A DNA stretch of 54,803 bases, taken from a virus. A program made the translations under genes and the position numbers. Of the stretch, positions 18,068 to 26,360 are shown one piece after another. The notes under the pieces were generated by a model. It saw only the letters and a list, made by a program, of their open reading frames with translations. It had not been told where the DNA came from and ran no database searches. The stretch is taken from IMG/VR virus record IMGVR_UViG_3300037313_001570, positions 1-54,803 of that record. One strand, given 5' to 3'. Position 1 is the stretch's first letter, and the number at the start of each line of letters is the position of its first letter.

Positions 18068-18259
18068 ATGGGACAATATATATTCTATCATAACATTACT
18101 CAGCAAAAATTTAATCTTGATTTAGAAGATTTATGCGATTCTATTTTAGAAAATAATAACGATATTATAATGCATTCTATTGCAGGGAATGCTTGTATCT
18201 TACCTCTTGACGCAAGCCAAAAAGAAGAAATTGATATTTATTTAAAAGAAAATTATTAA
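18068..18259 (+). CDS. hypothetical protein (63 aa)
   Basis: ATG ORF. Confidence 0.5.
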   Translation: MGQYIFYHNITQQKFNLDLEDLCDSILENNNDIIMHSIAGNACILPLDASQKEEIDIYLKENY

Positions 18260-18261
18260 GA

Positions 18262-18732
18262 ATGTTCCAAAAAAAAATAATCACACGCGAAGATGGTACG
18301 CCATATTTAATTCGTACATATCTTATTAAATGCAAGCTCTTCCAAATTGTCCTCCACAAAATTCTTCTTAGTGATAATGATTGCTTGCATGATCATCAAT
18401 GGAATTTTCTTAGCATCATATTAAAAGGCGGTTATTGGGAATGCACAGATCCGGAACAAGTTTTGAGCGGGCCGGAATTGGAATGGTTTAAGGAAAAGTA
18501 TCCTAATCAAAAATATTGCCGATGGTTTGGAGCTGGCAATATTTTGTTCAGGTTTGCAGAATGGAAACATAGCTTAACGCTTGATACAAATAGAGTTGCA
18601 AAAGAATTTTGGAAAGAAAAACCATGCACAACACTTGTGATTATGTTTCGCAAGAAAAGAGAATGGGGTTTTTGGACGAAGCAAGGTTGGTTACATTGGA
18701 CAAAATATAGATCAACTCAAAAATGCGATTAA
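18262..18732 (+). CDS. hypothetical protein, possible cupin-like metal site
   Basis: CLHDHQWNF ... WKHSL. This is a weak call. Confidence 0.5.
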   Translation: MFQKKIITREDGTPYLIRTYLIKCKLFQIVLHKILLSDNDCLHDHQWNFLSIILKGGYWECTDPEQVLSGPELEWFKEKYPNQKYCRWFGAGNILFRFAEWKHSLTLDTNRVAKEFWKEKPCTTLVIMFRKKREWGFWTKQGWLHWTKYRSTQKCD

Positions 18733-18733
18733 T

Positions 18734-19114
18734 ATGTTTCGTGTAATTATTTGTGGAAGCAGGTGGTTTAACGATATGTCTTTTATTTATAAGAAATTAG
18801 ATGCATTATTAATAAATCAAAAAGATGTAGAAATTATTGATGGCGGATGTCCAGGAGTAGACCAAGTAGCAGAAATGTATGCTCATGATCGCGAATTAAA
18901 AAACACAATCTTTCATGCAAAATGGCAAAAATATGGCAAAGGTGCAGGGCCAAAAAGAAATGAAGAAATGGCTGTAAGTTCGCCTACTCCGGATGGTTGT
19001 GTTGCTTTCTGGGATGGGGAAAGCAGAGGAACTTTAAATATGATTGCTATCGCAAAAGCAAAAAATATTCCTGTCAAAATTATTAAAATTTCAAAACAAA
19101 ATAAAATAAAATGA
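18734..19114 (+). CDS. SLOG-superfamily protein (DUF2493/YspA-like)
   Basis: VIICGSR ... EIIDGGCPGVDQVAEMYA ... GKGAGPKRNEEM. Confidence 0.65.
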   Translation: MFRVIICGSRWFNDMSFIYKKLDALLINQKDVEIIDGGCPGVDQVAEMYAHDRELKNTIFHAKWQKYGKGAGPKRNEEMAVSSPTPDGCVAFWDGESRGTLNMIAIAKAKNIPVKIIKISKQNKIK

Positions 19115-19521
19115 GTTGTAAAATTCCGAATGAAATAGAAATGGTAGAAATTTTTCATAACGCTTACGGATGTCCAGTTTATGCCTACCCTGTTCTCCCG
19201 CCAACAGAACGTGTATTATTGCGCGAAAAACTTATGCGTGAAGAATTAAACGAATTATGCGCAGCGATGCAGTTAGGGGATAAGGTTGGGATAGTGGATG
19301 GGTTGTGCGATCTTCTTTATGTTATTTATGGCACGGCATTGGAACATGGCATGGGCGGATTATTAAAAGAGGCATTTTCTGAAGTTCATCGTTCTAATAT
19401 GTCGAAGCTTGACCAAGATTGTAAACCTATCTATCGAGAAGATGGGAAAGTTCTAAAAGGGCCATATTTCACCCCGCCGAATCTATTGAATATTATTAAA
19501 AAATACACTCCATCTTATTAA
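19111..19521 (+). CDS. MazG-like nucleoside triphosphate pyrophosphohydrolase
   Basis: REKLMREELNELCAAM ... VDGLCDLLYVIYGT ... EVHRSNMSKL (all-alpha NTP-PPase pattern). Confidence 0.65.
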   Translation: MSCKIPNEIEMVEIFHNAYGCPVYAYPVLPPTERVLLREKLMREELNELCAAMQLGDKVGIVDGLCDLLYVIYGTALEHGMGGLLKEAFSEVHRSNMSKLDQDCKPIYREDGKVLKGPYFTPPNLLNIIKKYTPSY

Positions 19522-19542
19522 TACCATAAACAAAGTTCTTCT

Positions 19543-19573
19543 TCCGGTTCCACTTCTATGAACCGGATTTTTT
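19543..19573 (+). terminator. rho-independent terminator just before the primase gene
   Basis: TCCGGTTC (19543-19550) pairs with GAACCGGA (19560-19567), 9-nt loop, then T6 (19568-19573). Confidence 0.7.
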
Positions 19574-19577
19574 GTCT

Positions 19578-22076
19578 ATGCAGAATACGATGTCGAACCT
19601 ATGGAACCAATGTAAGAAACTTCTTGCAGATGGTATATCTGTTATTCCTATACGTGATAAAGATGAAACTTCGCCAGATGGTAAAGTATATACAAAGAAA
19701 AGCCCTTTTAAAATGCGTTGGCAAGAATATCAACAACGCATTTGTAGCGAAAGTGAATTATTTTTTCTTCTTGAAAAATTTGAGACAACAGCTATTGCGA
19801 CTATATGTGGGAAGATTAGTAAGAATATGGAAGGAATTGATGTTGATAGTAAATATAATACAGAAATTCTTAAACCATTATTCGAAGCAATAAAGCAACA
19901 ATTCCCAGACATTAAATTTAAGATTGCAAAAACTCCAAGTGGCGGTTACCACATAATCTACCGTATTCAAGAAGGAGTTATCCCACCAAATAAAAAACTT
20001 GCTCTACGTCTAGCAACTGAAGAAGAGCTTGCAATTAATCCTAAAAGCAAGACAAGATGCTTTATTGAAACGAGAGGCGAAGGCGGATATTTGGCAGCTT
20101 ATCCGACAGATGGATATGAGCTTATTAACGATGTGCCAATCCCTATTCTAACATGGCAGCAAAGAGAAGATTTAATAAGTATCTGCACGTCTTTTAATCA
20201 GGTTTTAAAAGAAGATGCTTATAAGCCAAGTAAGCAGGATAATATCTATTATAGCGAAAATCCATTCGAATCATTTAATAAGAGCAATGATGCGGAACAA
20301 GTGCTTTTAAAAAATGGCTGGACATTTCATAGTAGGAATGCAGAAAGAATTTTCTTCAGCCGTCCAGGCAGCAAAAGTAAGGGAATACATGCTGTTTTTT
20401 TTACAAAGACGATGCTGTATCAATTCTTCACAACGAATTGCGAATTTGAAAACGAAAGACGGTATAATGCATCAACTGTTCGCGCTCAATTAGAATTTAA
20501 TGGAGATAAGAAAAAATTATTTATCGAATTAGTTAATTCTGGTTATGGAAAGATTAAAGCGAATAAAGAAAAAGAATTAGTTAAACATGCTGTTATTAAT
20601 AACCAACCATTACCGGCAAATATTAGCCAGAATGCAAAAGAGTCGCTGCAACAATTGCAGGAGAATTTAATAGTTAATATGCCATATGGCATATTTTGGG
20701 AATATAACGAAAAGGGGAATATTGAAATTAATAGGGAAGATTTAAAGAATGTTCTTTCTGGTTTAGGATATAGATTCTATTTAGGTGATCTAATACAAAT
20801 AGAAGGGAAATTTATTCATAAGCGAAAATCTCGTCACCTATATGATGCGATTAGGGAGTATATTAAAGACGAAGATTATAAAGAAATTGCAAATTCCTTT
20901 GATGCATTTCATGAAAAGCATGGCAAGCATACGATTGAACACCTTCCATTATTGGATGAAAATTTATTATTAAAAGACACCAGAACAGAATGCTATAAAT
21001 TTTTTCAAAATGGATTTGTAAAAATCACTAGCGAAAGGATGGAATTAAAAGAATACGAAGATTTAAAAGGGTTAATTTTTTATGAAAGAATCCAGCAAAG
21101 AGATTTCCGTTTCGGGGAGGTAAGCGGGAAATATATTGAATTTCTAGAACTCGCATGTAGGTATAATCAATGCGAAGATTACATACAGAAAATACTTGGT
21201 TATCTTTCGCATGAATATAAAGATTCTACAACCGGTTATATTATTGTCCAGGTAGAAGAATGCCCAGATCCAAAACAAGGTGGCGGCAGTGGGAAAAATC
21301 TATTTGTTAATCTTCTCGGTTTAACAACTACTTTCTGTAGTAAGCCGGGAGAGCAAGTTAAATTTGATGAGAAATTTTTGCAAGCGTGGAATGGAGAAAG
21401 AATATTTAATGTTAGCGATGTGCCACAAAACTTTTCTTTTCTTTTCTTAAAAGACTTAAGCACAGGAACAGCAACTTTAAAGAAATTATATAAAGACGAA
21501 GTAATAATCCCTTGCGAAAATATGTGCAAATTTATAATGAGCACTAATTACAGTTACGAGACAAAAGATGGAGGATTGAAGCGTAGGATTATACCGATAG
21601 AATTCACGCAATTTTTTACTTTAAATGGAGGAATTGATAATTACTTTGGCGGGATGTTCCCTACTATTTGGGAAGAAAAAGATTGGATTGGATATGATAA
21701 TTTAATTTTGCTCTGCATTCAAAATTGGATTAAAGGGGGGCTTAAATTAAAACCAATGACATTAAGCGATGGAGGTAAGATTAAACAATTCGAGCAAACA
21801 TTTGGGAAAATCATGTCCGGTTATATAAAAGAGAATTACGAAAATTGGTTAAGTATAGGAACTATCGAAAATGATGAATTTAAAAAGATGTATGATAATT
21901 ATTGCAATGAAAATAATTTCCCTCACAACATGCGAGGTAACATGATTAAATTAAATAAGGCGATAGACGAATGGAGCGATTTAATTGGGTTTATTTTTAT
22001 CAAAGATAAATTAATAAAAGAAAATGGCATCAACAGGCGTGCAAAATATTTCGAGCGCAAGAATTTACCATTCTAA
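19578..22076 (+). CDS. bifunctional primase-polymerase / SF3 helicase (P4 alpha / D5-like)
   Basis: N-terminal prim-pol-like region (GISVIPIRDKDE..KSPF..W) and Walker A PKQGGGSGKNLFVNLL in the C-terminal half. The ATG at 19578 is preferred over the TTG at 19572. Ends in NLPF. Confidence 0.8.
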   Translation: MQNTMSNLWNQCKKLLADGISVIPIRDKDETSPDGKVYTKKSPFKMRWQEYQQRICSESELFFLLEKFETTAIATICGKISKNMEGIDVDSKYNTEILKPLFEAIKQQFPDIKFKIAKTPSGGYHIIYRIQEGVIPPNKKLALRLATEEELAINPKSKTRCFIETRGEGGYLAAYPTDGYELINDVPIPILTWQQREDLISICTSFNQVLKEDAYKPSKQDNIYYSENPFESFNKSNDAEQVLLKNGWTFHSRNAERIFFSRPGSKSKGIHAVFFTKTMLYQFFTTNCEFENERRYNASTVRAQLEFNGDKKKLFIELVNSGYGKIKANKEKELVKHAVINNQPLPANISQNAKESLQQLQENLIVNMPYGIFWEYNEKGNIEINREDLKNVLSGLGYRFYLGDLIQIEGKFIHKRKSRHLYDAIREYIKDEDYKEIANSFDAFHEKHGKHTIEHLPLLDENLLLKDTRTECYKFFQNGFVKITSERMELKEYEDLKGLIFYERIQQRDFRFGEVSGKYIEFLELACRYNQCEDYIQKILGYLSHEYKDSTTGYIIVQVEECPDPKQGGGSGKNLFVNLLGLTTTFCSKPGEQVKFDEKFLQAWNGERIFNVSDVPQNFSFLFLKDLSTGTATLKKLYKDEVIIPCENMCKFIMSTNYSYETKDGGLKRRIIPIEFTQFFTLNGGIDNYFGGMFPTIWEEKDWIGYDNLILLCIQNWIKGGLKLKPMTLSDGGKIKQFEQTFGKIMSGYIKENYENWLSIGTIENDEFKKMYDNYCNENNFPHNMRGNMIKLNKAIDEWSDLIGFIFIKDKLIKENGINRRAKYFERKNLPF

Positions 22077-22080
22077 TGCA

Positions 22081-22465
22081 AGAGGGCACAAGCTTTTAAA
22101 AAAGGTAACAAACTTTGGTAGACACATTTTTTGCTTATATTTCTTTAAGAATAAACAAGATATTTTAGGAGGCTACAAGGTAACAAAGTGTCCCTACATA
22201 CGTTATTTACTTTATACACAACTTTTTTATGCATGTGCTTTTTTACATGCAGGGCATTAAAATGCTTTTTAAAATCCTATACGCAATAGTTTGTTACAAT
22301 CATTTGTTCCCATGTTACTTTACTACCATTCGCATTGATTCTTATATACAATTATGTGTCTACTAAAGTTTGTTACCAAATGTTCCCAATGTTCCCTCGT
22401 TTTTTTAAACTATTAGTTCTTAATAATTCATGTAAGTATAAAAGTGTCTAAAAAGTTTGTGCCCT
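22081..22465. repeat. iteron-rich, nested inverted-repeat noncoding region (putative replication origin)
   Basis: Ten copies of (A/T)TGT(T/G)(A/C)C(C/A/T): three reverse at 22083, 22103, 22178 and seven forward at 22290, 22303, 22311, 22369, 22379, 22388, 22456. A 22-nt inverted repeat joins 22103-22124 to 22355-22376 (1 mismatch), and an outer inverted repeat joins 22081-22096 to 22450-22465. Central hairpin at 22229-22250. Confidence 0.55.
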
Positions 22466-22502
22466 CGACTTTTTGTATCGATTAACAATAAAAATTTAAA
22501 TA

Positions 22503-22769
22503 ATGAGCTATTTGCATAAACACCATCACCGTTACGAAAAAGAATTCATACAAGAAGATTATGATTTAGCGGAAAGGATTTATAATGAATTTTATTACGT
22601 AGAGCAATGGGACTTCTATGAAGTGCAGAACCCAACCCTATTCAAACGGTATATGTTTCGTATAATGAAGGAGAATAAAGACGAAAAGGTTTTTAGTATT
22701 TATAGGCTAGAAGAACAATCCAATAAAGTTCGTGTAATGCTCACAGGTATTAATAACATCAAAAAATAA
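22503..22769 (+). CDS. hypothetical protein (88 aa)
   Basis: ATG ORF. Confidence 0.55.
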   Translation: MSYLHKHHHRYEKEFIQEDYDLAERIYNEFYYVEQWDFYEVQNPTLFKRYMFRIMKENKDEKVFSIYRLEEQSNKVRVMLTGINNIKK

Positions 22770-22772
22770 CTT

Positions 22773-23231
22773 ATGAAATTTTATAAATCCGAAGCGGAAT
22801 TTTTTCTTGATAATTTGGAAAGAGTTTTTGAGCGAGAAGATTTATTACAAGAATGTTGCTTTTATTGGAGCTGGCAATTTCTCCCAGAAACTCGTCGTGT
22901 AATATGGCATGTTCCAAATGGCGGCGATCGTAAAATTGTGCAGGCTGCACAATTTAAAGCAATGGGTGTTATACCGGGTGTATGCGATATGCATTTTAAT
23001 TGGGCGAATCGGCTTTATATAATAGAATTAAAGGTTGGCGTTAACCTTATAACAGATGCGCAGGAACAGTATATACGTGCAGCGACAAAACAGGGTGCTA
23101 TATTCTATGAATGCCGGACATTTAAAAAATGGGTTTCGATAATAGGAAGGATTTTAGCAGGCGAACCTTTGTCATGCGAAGCGGAAATGTTAATTAAAAT
23201 TCGAGAGAATGGCTGGATGGTTCGGCCGTAA
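22773..23231 (+). CDS. VRR-NUC domain nuclease
   Basis: WHVPNGG ... GVIPGVCDMHF ... LYIIELKVG (D...ExK core). Confidence 0.75.
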   Translation: MKFYKSEAEFFLDNLERVFEREDLLQECCFYWSWQFLPETRRVIWHVPNGGDRKIVQAAQFKAMGVIPGVCDMHFNWANRLYIIELKVGVNLITDAQEQYIRAATKQGAIFYECRTFKKWVSIIGRILAGEPLSCEAEMLIKIRENGWMVRP

Positions 23232-23315
23232 CCCCCTATCCCAACATTGGATAAAATTAATCGCTTGTTGCGATTTGATAAATTTGTTTATTTATATTCG
23301 TACAAAATTAATTTT

Positions 23316-23597
23316 ATGGCCGAATTATTTCTTACTATGCCACATTTAATAGGGCTTGTTTCGAGGCATGCATTTTTATTCGAAATTGAGCACGAAATAG
23401 ATTTACATGAAGAAAGCTTGTTAGATAAATGGTTCCCTAAGATAATAGAACGGATGATTGAAAATGGAATGATGGTTATACATGGTGTTAACGAAGAAGG
23501 CGAGCTCGATTATGGTGTTTCTGAAAAATTATCATTTGGGAAGGCAGACCATGAAGTTTCGATTATTGTAAAGGATGTTTTGAAAAATGAATTATGA
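23316..23597 (+). CDS. hypothetical protein (ATG at 23316; track TTG start at 23247)
   Basis: Open frame. ATG MAELFLTMPH is preferred. Confidence 0.5.
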   Translation: MAELFLTMPHLIGLVSRHAFLFEIEHEIDLHEESLLDKWFPKIIERMIENGMMVIHGVNEEGELDYGVSEKLSFGKADHEVSIIVKDVLKNEL

Positions 23598-23950
23598 AAA
23601 CACATTGCCTGATAAATCTTGGTGGAACATTTGCAACTAATGATGCAGATAAGGTAGCGAAATATATTGATCGTTTAGACGGGGACGTTATAGCATTTAC
23701 ATATGCTCGCATGCATCTCGAAGAAATAAATATGTACGAATGGCATGCTATTCATATATATGCATGCGAATATGATAAGAAAAGAATTACAGCTATATCA
23801 AACTTATTAACCACCATCACCAAAAAACCAAAAGAAGTTTATTTTATTGGGAATGCGAAGTTGGGCGGTATTGGTTATGATATGTTTATGGCGATACGCG
23901 AGCAGTGGCCTACGGCTAAAGTATTCACAGAAAAGCAAATATTAAGCTGA
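23594..23950 (+). CDS. hypothetical protein (118 aa)
   Basis: ATG ORF overlapping the upstream stop (ATGA). Confidence 0.55.
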   Translation: MKTHCLINLGGTFATNDADKVAKYIDRLDGDVIAFTYARMHLEEINMYEWHAIHIYACEYDKKRITAISNLLTTITKKPKEVYFIGNAKLGGIGYDMFMAIREQWPTAKVFTEKQILS

Positions 23951-23984
23951 TACCATATTATATATATGGTTCCTAATACATTTT

Positions 23985-24012
23985 GCCACCCGGAAAGGTG
24001 GTTTTTGCTTTT
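23985..24012 (+). terminator. rho-independent terminator
   Basis: GCCACC-cggaaa-GGTGGT followed by TTTTGCTTTT. Confidence 0.75.
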
Positions 24013-24053
24013 ATGATGGCGTTTTGGTATTTTCGAAAAAAGCAGTAAAAATG

Positions 24054-24085
24054 TTTGGAGTGTGCGAATATGCGATGTATATTTG
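24054..24085 (+). promoter_or_regulatory. Bacteroidota sigma-A-type promoter (TTTGGAG class)
   Basis: TTTGGAGT at 24054 and TATATTTG at 24078-24085, with an exact 20-nt spacer. Confidence 0.6.
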
Positions 24086-24106
24086 TTCTAACAAAAACGG
24101 TTAACA

Positions 24107-24349
24107 ATGTCACACACAAATTATACTACTTCGCAGCTCGAACCGATAATGGCCCAACTTAAACAAATGTTTCCGGTTGGTAGTATCGCTAGACACATTA
24201 GCCATAATGGTAAAAAGATTACAGAGGTTATGATACGCAACCATAAGCGTTTTAATATTGTGAACGATCCTAACTTTCCAATGCAGGGTGTTTGCTATGG
24301 TAATCGGTTCTTTTGGGCATGTGGTGAATTTTGTGTTGAGATTAAATAA
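24107..24349 (+). CDS. hypothetical protein (80 aa)
   Basis: ATG ORF downstream of the promoter. Confidence 0.55.
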   Translation: MSHTNYTTSQLEPIMAQLKQMFPVGSIARHISHNGKKITEVMIRNHKRFNIVNDPNFPMQGVCYGNRFFWACGEFCVEIK

Positions 24350-24353
24350 TTAC

Positions 24354-24406
24354 AGGGACGTACAGGGTTTGGCCGACAGTTTGGCTGTGTCCGCTCCCTA
24401 TTTTTT
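24354..24406 (+). terminator. G+C-rich hairpin plus T6 (terminator or attenuator)
   Basis: AGGGA(CG)...(CGC)TCCCT encloses the ACAG/CTGT hairpin, then TATTTTTT (T6 at 24401-24406). A TACAGGG direct repeat occurs at 24351 and 24361. Confidence 0.5.
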
Positions 24407-24427
24407 AACCATTTTAAATTAAGATAT

Positions 24428-24661
24428 ATGACACGCGAAGAATTTTTAAGTGGTAAACCATTCAATCCAAATAATTTTGGCAACAATCGTGCATATGTTT
24501 TTGTAGAAGACAAAACAAAAACAACCATAGGATTTGTAACCTATCTCGGTCTGCACGATTCAAATATTAGGAAAGTTACAAATACTTTCGTTTATGGCTA
24601 TAGCTCTATACTCGGCAAGACCGTGGATGTTAAAATCCGCCTAAGCGATTTGCATTGCTAA
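24428..24661 (+). CDS. hypothetical protein (77 aa)
   Basis: ATG ORF. It is followed by the perfect 12-bp palindrome TTCCACGTGGAA at 24664-24675. Confidence 0.55.
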   Translation: MTREEFLSGKPFNPNNFGNNRAYVFVEDKTKTTIGFVTYLGLHDSNIRKVTNTFVYGYSSILGKTVDVKIRLSDLHC

Positions 24662-24705
24662 AGTTCCACGTGGAAACAATTTTGTCACCAATAAACCATT
24701 AAAAT

Positions 24706-25185
24706 ATGTCACAAAAACTCATACCTTCTGCCGACGAATTATTACGAATGTATAATCGGCTATCCGCCGCAAATTTTCGCCCCGCTTTTATACCAGAAAA
24801 TGCATTCTGGTTTGTTAACGATGTAGCCATATCATTTGATATAAGCATTAATGAAGCAGCTCCTATTGTTGCGCAAATGATAAAAATAGCTATGGGTGAA
24901 TATGAGGCAGAAGTTTCTAATAACCAAGTAGTTGGACAAATAATGGCTTCCTTAAAATGCAGCGAAGAAACCATTGCTATGCCTGTTAGCAAAAACGAAC
25001 TCATGTTAATAGCAATATGCATTCGAGAATACCGTAGCTATTTATTTAGCATAGAGAGAAGGGAGGGGAAAAAGGCATGGACAAAGACATTAATCGATCA
25101 ATGTAATGCATTAGAACAGAAGGTTTTATCTAATGAAATTAGCCATGATAGTATTTTTGGTAGACCTGTGCTAAAAATTCGATAG
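24706..25185 (+). CDS. hypothetical protein (159 aa)
   Basis: ATG ORF. Confidence 0.6.
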   Translation: MSQKLIPSADELLRMYNRLSAANFRPAFIPENAFWFVNDVAISFDISINEAAPIVAQMIKIAMGEYEAEVSNNQVVGQIMASLKCSEETIAMPVSKNELMLIAICIREYRSYLFSIERREGKKAWTKTLIDQCNALEQKVLSNEISHDSIFGRPVLKIR

Positions 25186-25196
25186 CAAGTGTTCGT

Positions 25197-25238
25197 AACT
25201 TGCCTCCAATATATTCAAAAAATATTTGGAGGCAAGTT
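25197..25238 (+). terminator. long hairpin whose 3-prime arm is the -33 box of the next promoter
   Basis: AACTTGCCTCCAA (25197-25209) pairs perfectly with TTGGAGGCAAGTT (25226-25238); 13 bp, extendable through ATAT with one bulge. Confidence 0.5.
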
Positions 25239-25256
25239 GTATCGAGCTTATCTTTG
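25225..25256 (+). promoter_or_regulatory. Bacteroidota sigma-A-type promoter (TTTGGAGG class)
   Basis: TTTGGAGG at 25225 and TATCTTTG at 25249-25256, 20-nt spacer. Shares TCGAGCTTATCTTTGGTATA with the promoter at 27629. Confidence 0.6.
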
Positions 25257-25273
25257 GTATACAATTAAAGCAT

Positions 25274-25507
25274 ATGACAAAAACAAATTTTAGGCCCGCT
25301 TATTTTAACTCAAATCTGTTAAAAGTTAATTCTGTTTTTACATTCTGCTATGAAGATTATACTGTTACATCTTTTACAAAAAGACATATCGTTGCCAAAA
25401 ATAGCAAAGAAGAAGTTTGTTATTTTACTCCTTACGATTTCGAGGGTTATATTTACCACGGCTCTTTGACTATCAAATCGGTAGAAAATATTTCAAAATA
25501 TTTGTGA
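25274..25507 (+). CDS. hypothetical protein (77 aa)
   Basis: ATG at 25274. The track start at 25226 lies inside the promoter. Confidence 0.55.
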   Translation: MTKTNFRPAYFNSNLLKVNSVFTFCYEDYTVTSFTKRHIVAKNSKEEVCYFTPYDFEGYIYHGSLTIKSVENISKYL

Positions 25508-25512
25508 TAAAG

Positions 25513-25544
25513 TTTGGAGGTTAATAAATTCGAGCCTATATTTA
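25513..25544 (+). promoter_or_regulatory. Bacteroidota sigma-A-type promoter (TTTGGAGG class)
   Basis: TTTGGAGG at 25513 and TATATTTA at 25537-25544, 20-nt spacer. Confidence 0.55.
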
Positions 25545-25548
25545 CACC

Positions 25549-25707
25549 ATGAAACAAACATCGATACAAAACGCAATTAAAAGAATTAAAAATAATTGCA
25601 AAGATATGGGTAAAAAAATTAGTAAGGAAGAACTTGCCAAAACACTTTGGATTGGCGGATTTACGAAAAAAGAAATCAAAAAAGAATTAGGTATAGAATT
25701 AAAATAA
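25549..25707 (+). CDS. small ORF (52 aa) with HTH-like C-terminus
   Basis: ATG at 25549, TAA at 25705-25707, below the track cutoff. GGFTKKEIKKELG resembles the paralog-family motif. Confidence 0.45.
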   Translation: MKQTSIQNAIKRIKNNCKDMGKKISKEELAKTLWIGGFTKKEIKKELGIELK

Positions 25708-25714
25708 TATAATT

Positions 25715-26113
25715 ATGTCAGGCGCAAAATTAATAATCGAAACTGGCGTTAAGCCGGGAGCAGGTAAGCAAGTTAAGCCAGCCAGCAATAAAAAAATAAC
25801 CTGTGAGGAATACCTTGCAAGGTTGGCGGATCGTGCAGAAGAAGGGGAAGAAGAAGGCTCTGGTAAGATTGTAACCATACTTCGGCTATACCGTGCTGGT
25901 TATACGCGAAGCGAAATTGTAAAGGCAGGTTTTAATCGAAGTACAGTATACAGGCAATGTGGCGAATACGAAAAGTTGCGTAGGGCACCCGCGACCTCCT
26001 ATTATGGATTTGAGCTTTACGAAGCACGTGTGCAGCGTGTTATGAAAAAGAAAGGTCTTACACGGGACAAAGCGATTGAATTTATTACCGAACAAGATAT
26101 CAAAAATGACTAG
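25715..26113 (+). CDS. HTH DNA-binding protein, paralog A (resolvase/Hin-type HTH-like)
   Basis: GKIVTILRLYRAGYTRSEIVKAGFNRSTVYRQ. Confidence 0.65.
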   Translation: MSGAKLIIETGVKPGAGKQVKPASNKKITCEEYLARLADRAEEGEEEGSGKIVTILRLYRAGYTRSEIVKAGFNRSTVYRQCGEYEKLRRAPATSYYGFELYEARVQRVMKKKGLTRDKAIEFITEQDIKND

Positions 26114-26115
26114 GA

Positions 26116-26358
26116 ATGCATAAGAATAGAACCGCCAAAGGTCTTGCATTGCAAGAAAAACACAATCTTTCTTATAAGAAAAGATTAATAGGAAAGCAGC
26201 ACATAGACGGCAGAAAGGTTATTAATTGCGAATATATTGGCAATAGTGTTTATGGAATTATTAAGGTCTATTTCGAAGATAATAGTAATATACTCATTGG
26301 ATCTCAAAGTTTTAGACCAACTAATAAGGATATCTTAAACAATGGCATTATTCTTTAA
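26116..26358 (+). CDS. hypothetical protein (80 aa)
   Basis: ATG ORF. Confidence 0.55.
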   Translation: MHKNRTAKGLALQEKHNLSYKKRLIGKQHIDGRKVINCEYIGNSVYGIIKVYFEDNSNILIGSQSFRPTNKDILNNGIIL

Positions 26359-26360
26359 TT

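Noticed and set aside
22024-22260. 78-aa ORF running from the primase 3-prime end into the iteron region
   Set aside because: It overlaps the primase gene out of frame, and its translation is dominated by the repeats and hairpins of the noncoding origin-like spacer.
22103-22376. 22-bp inverted repeats as boundaries of an invertible promoter (inverton)
   Set aside because: There is no recombinase gene and no convincing TTTG/TAnnTTTG promoter inside the segment. The repeats are composed of the same octamer iterons that fill the whole spacer, which fits an origin better.
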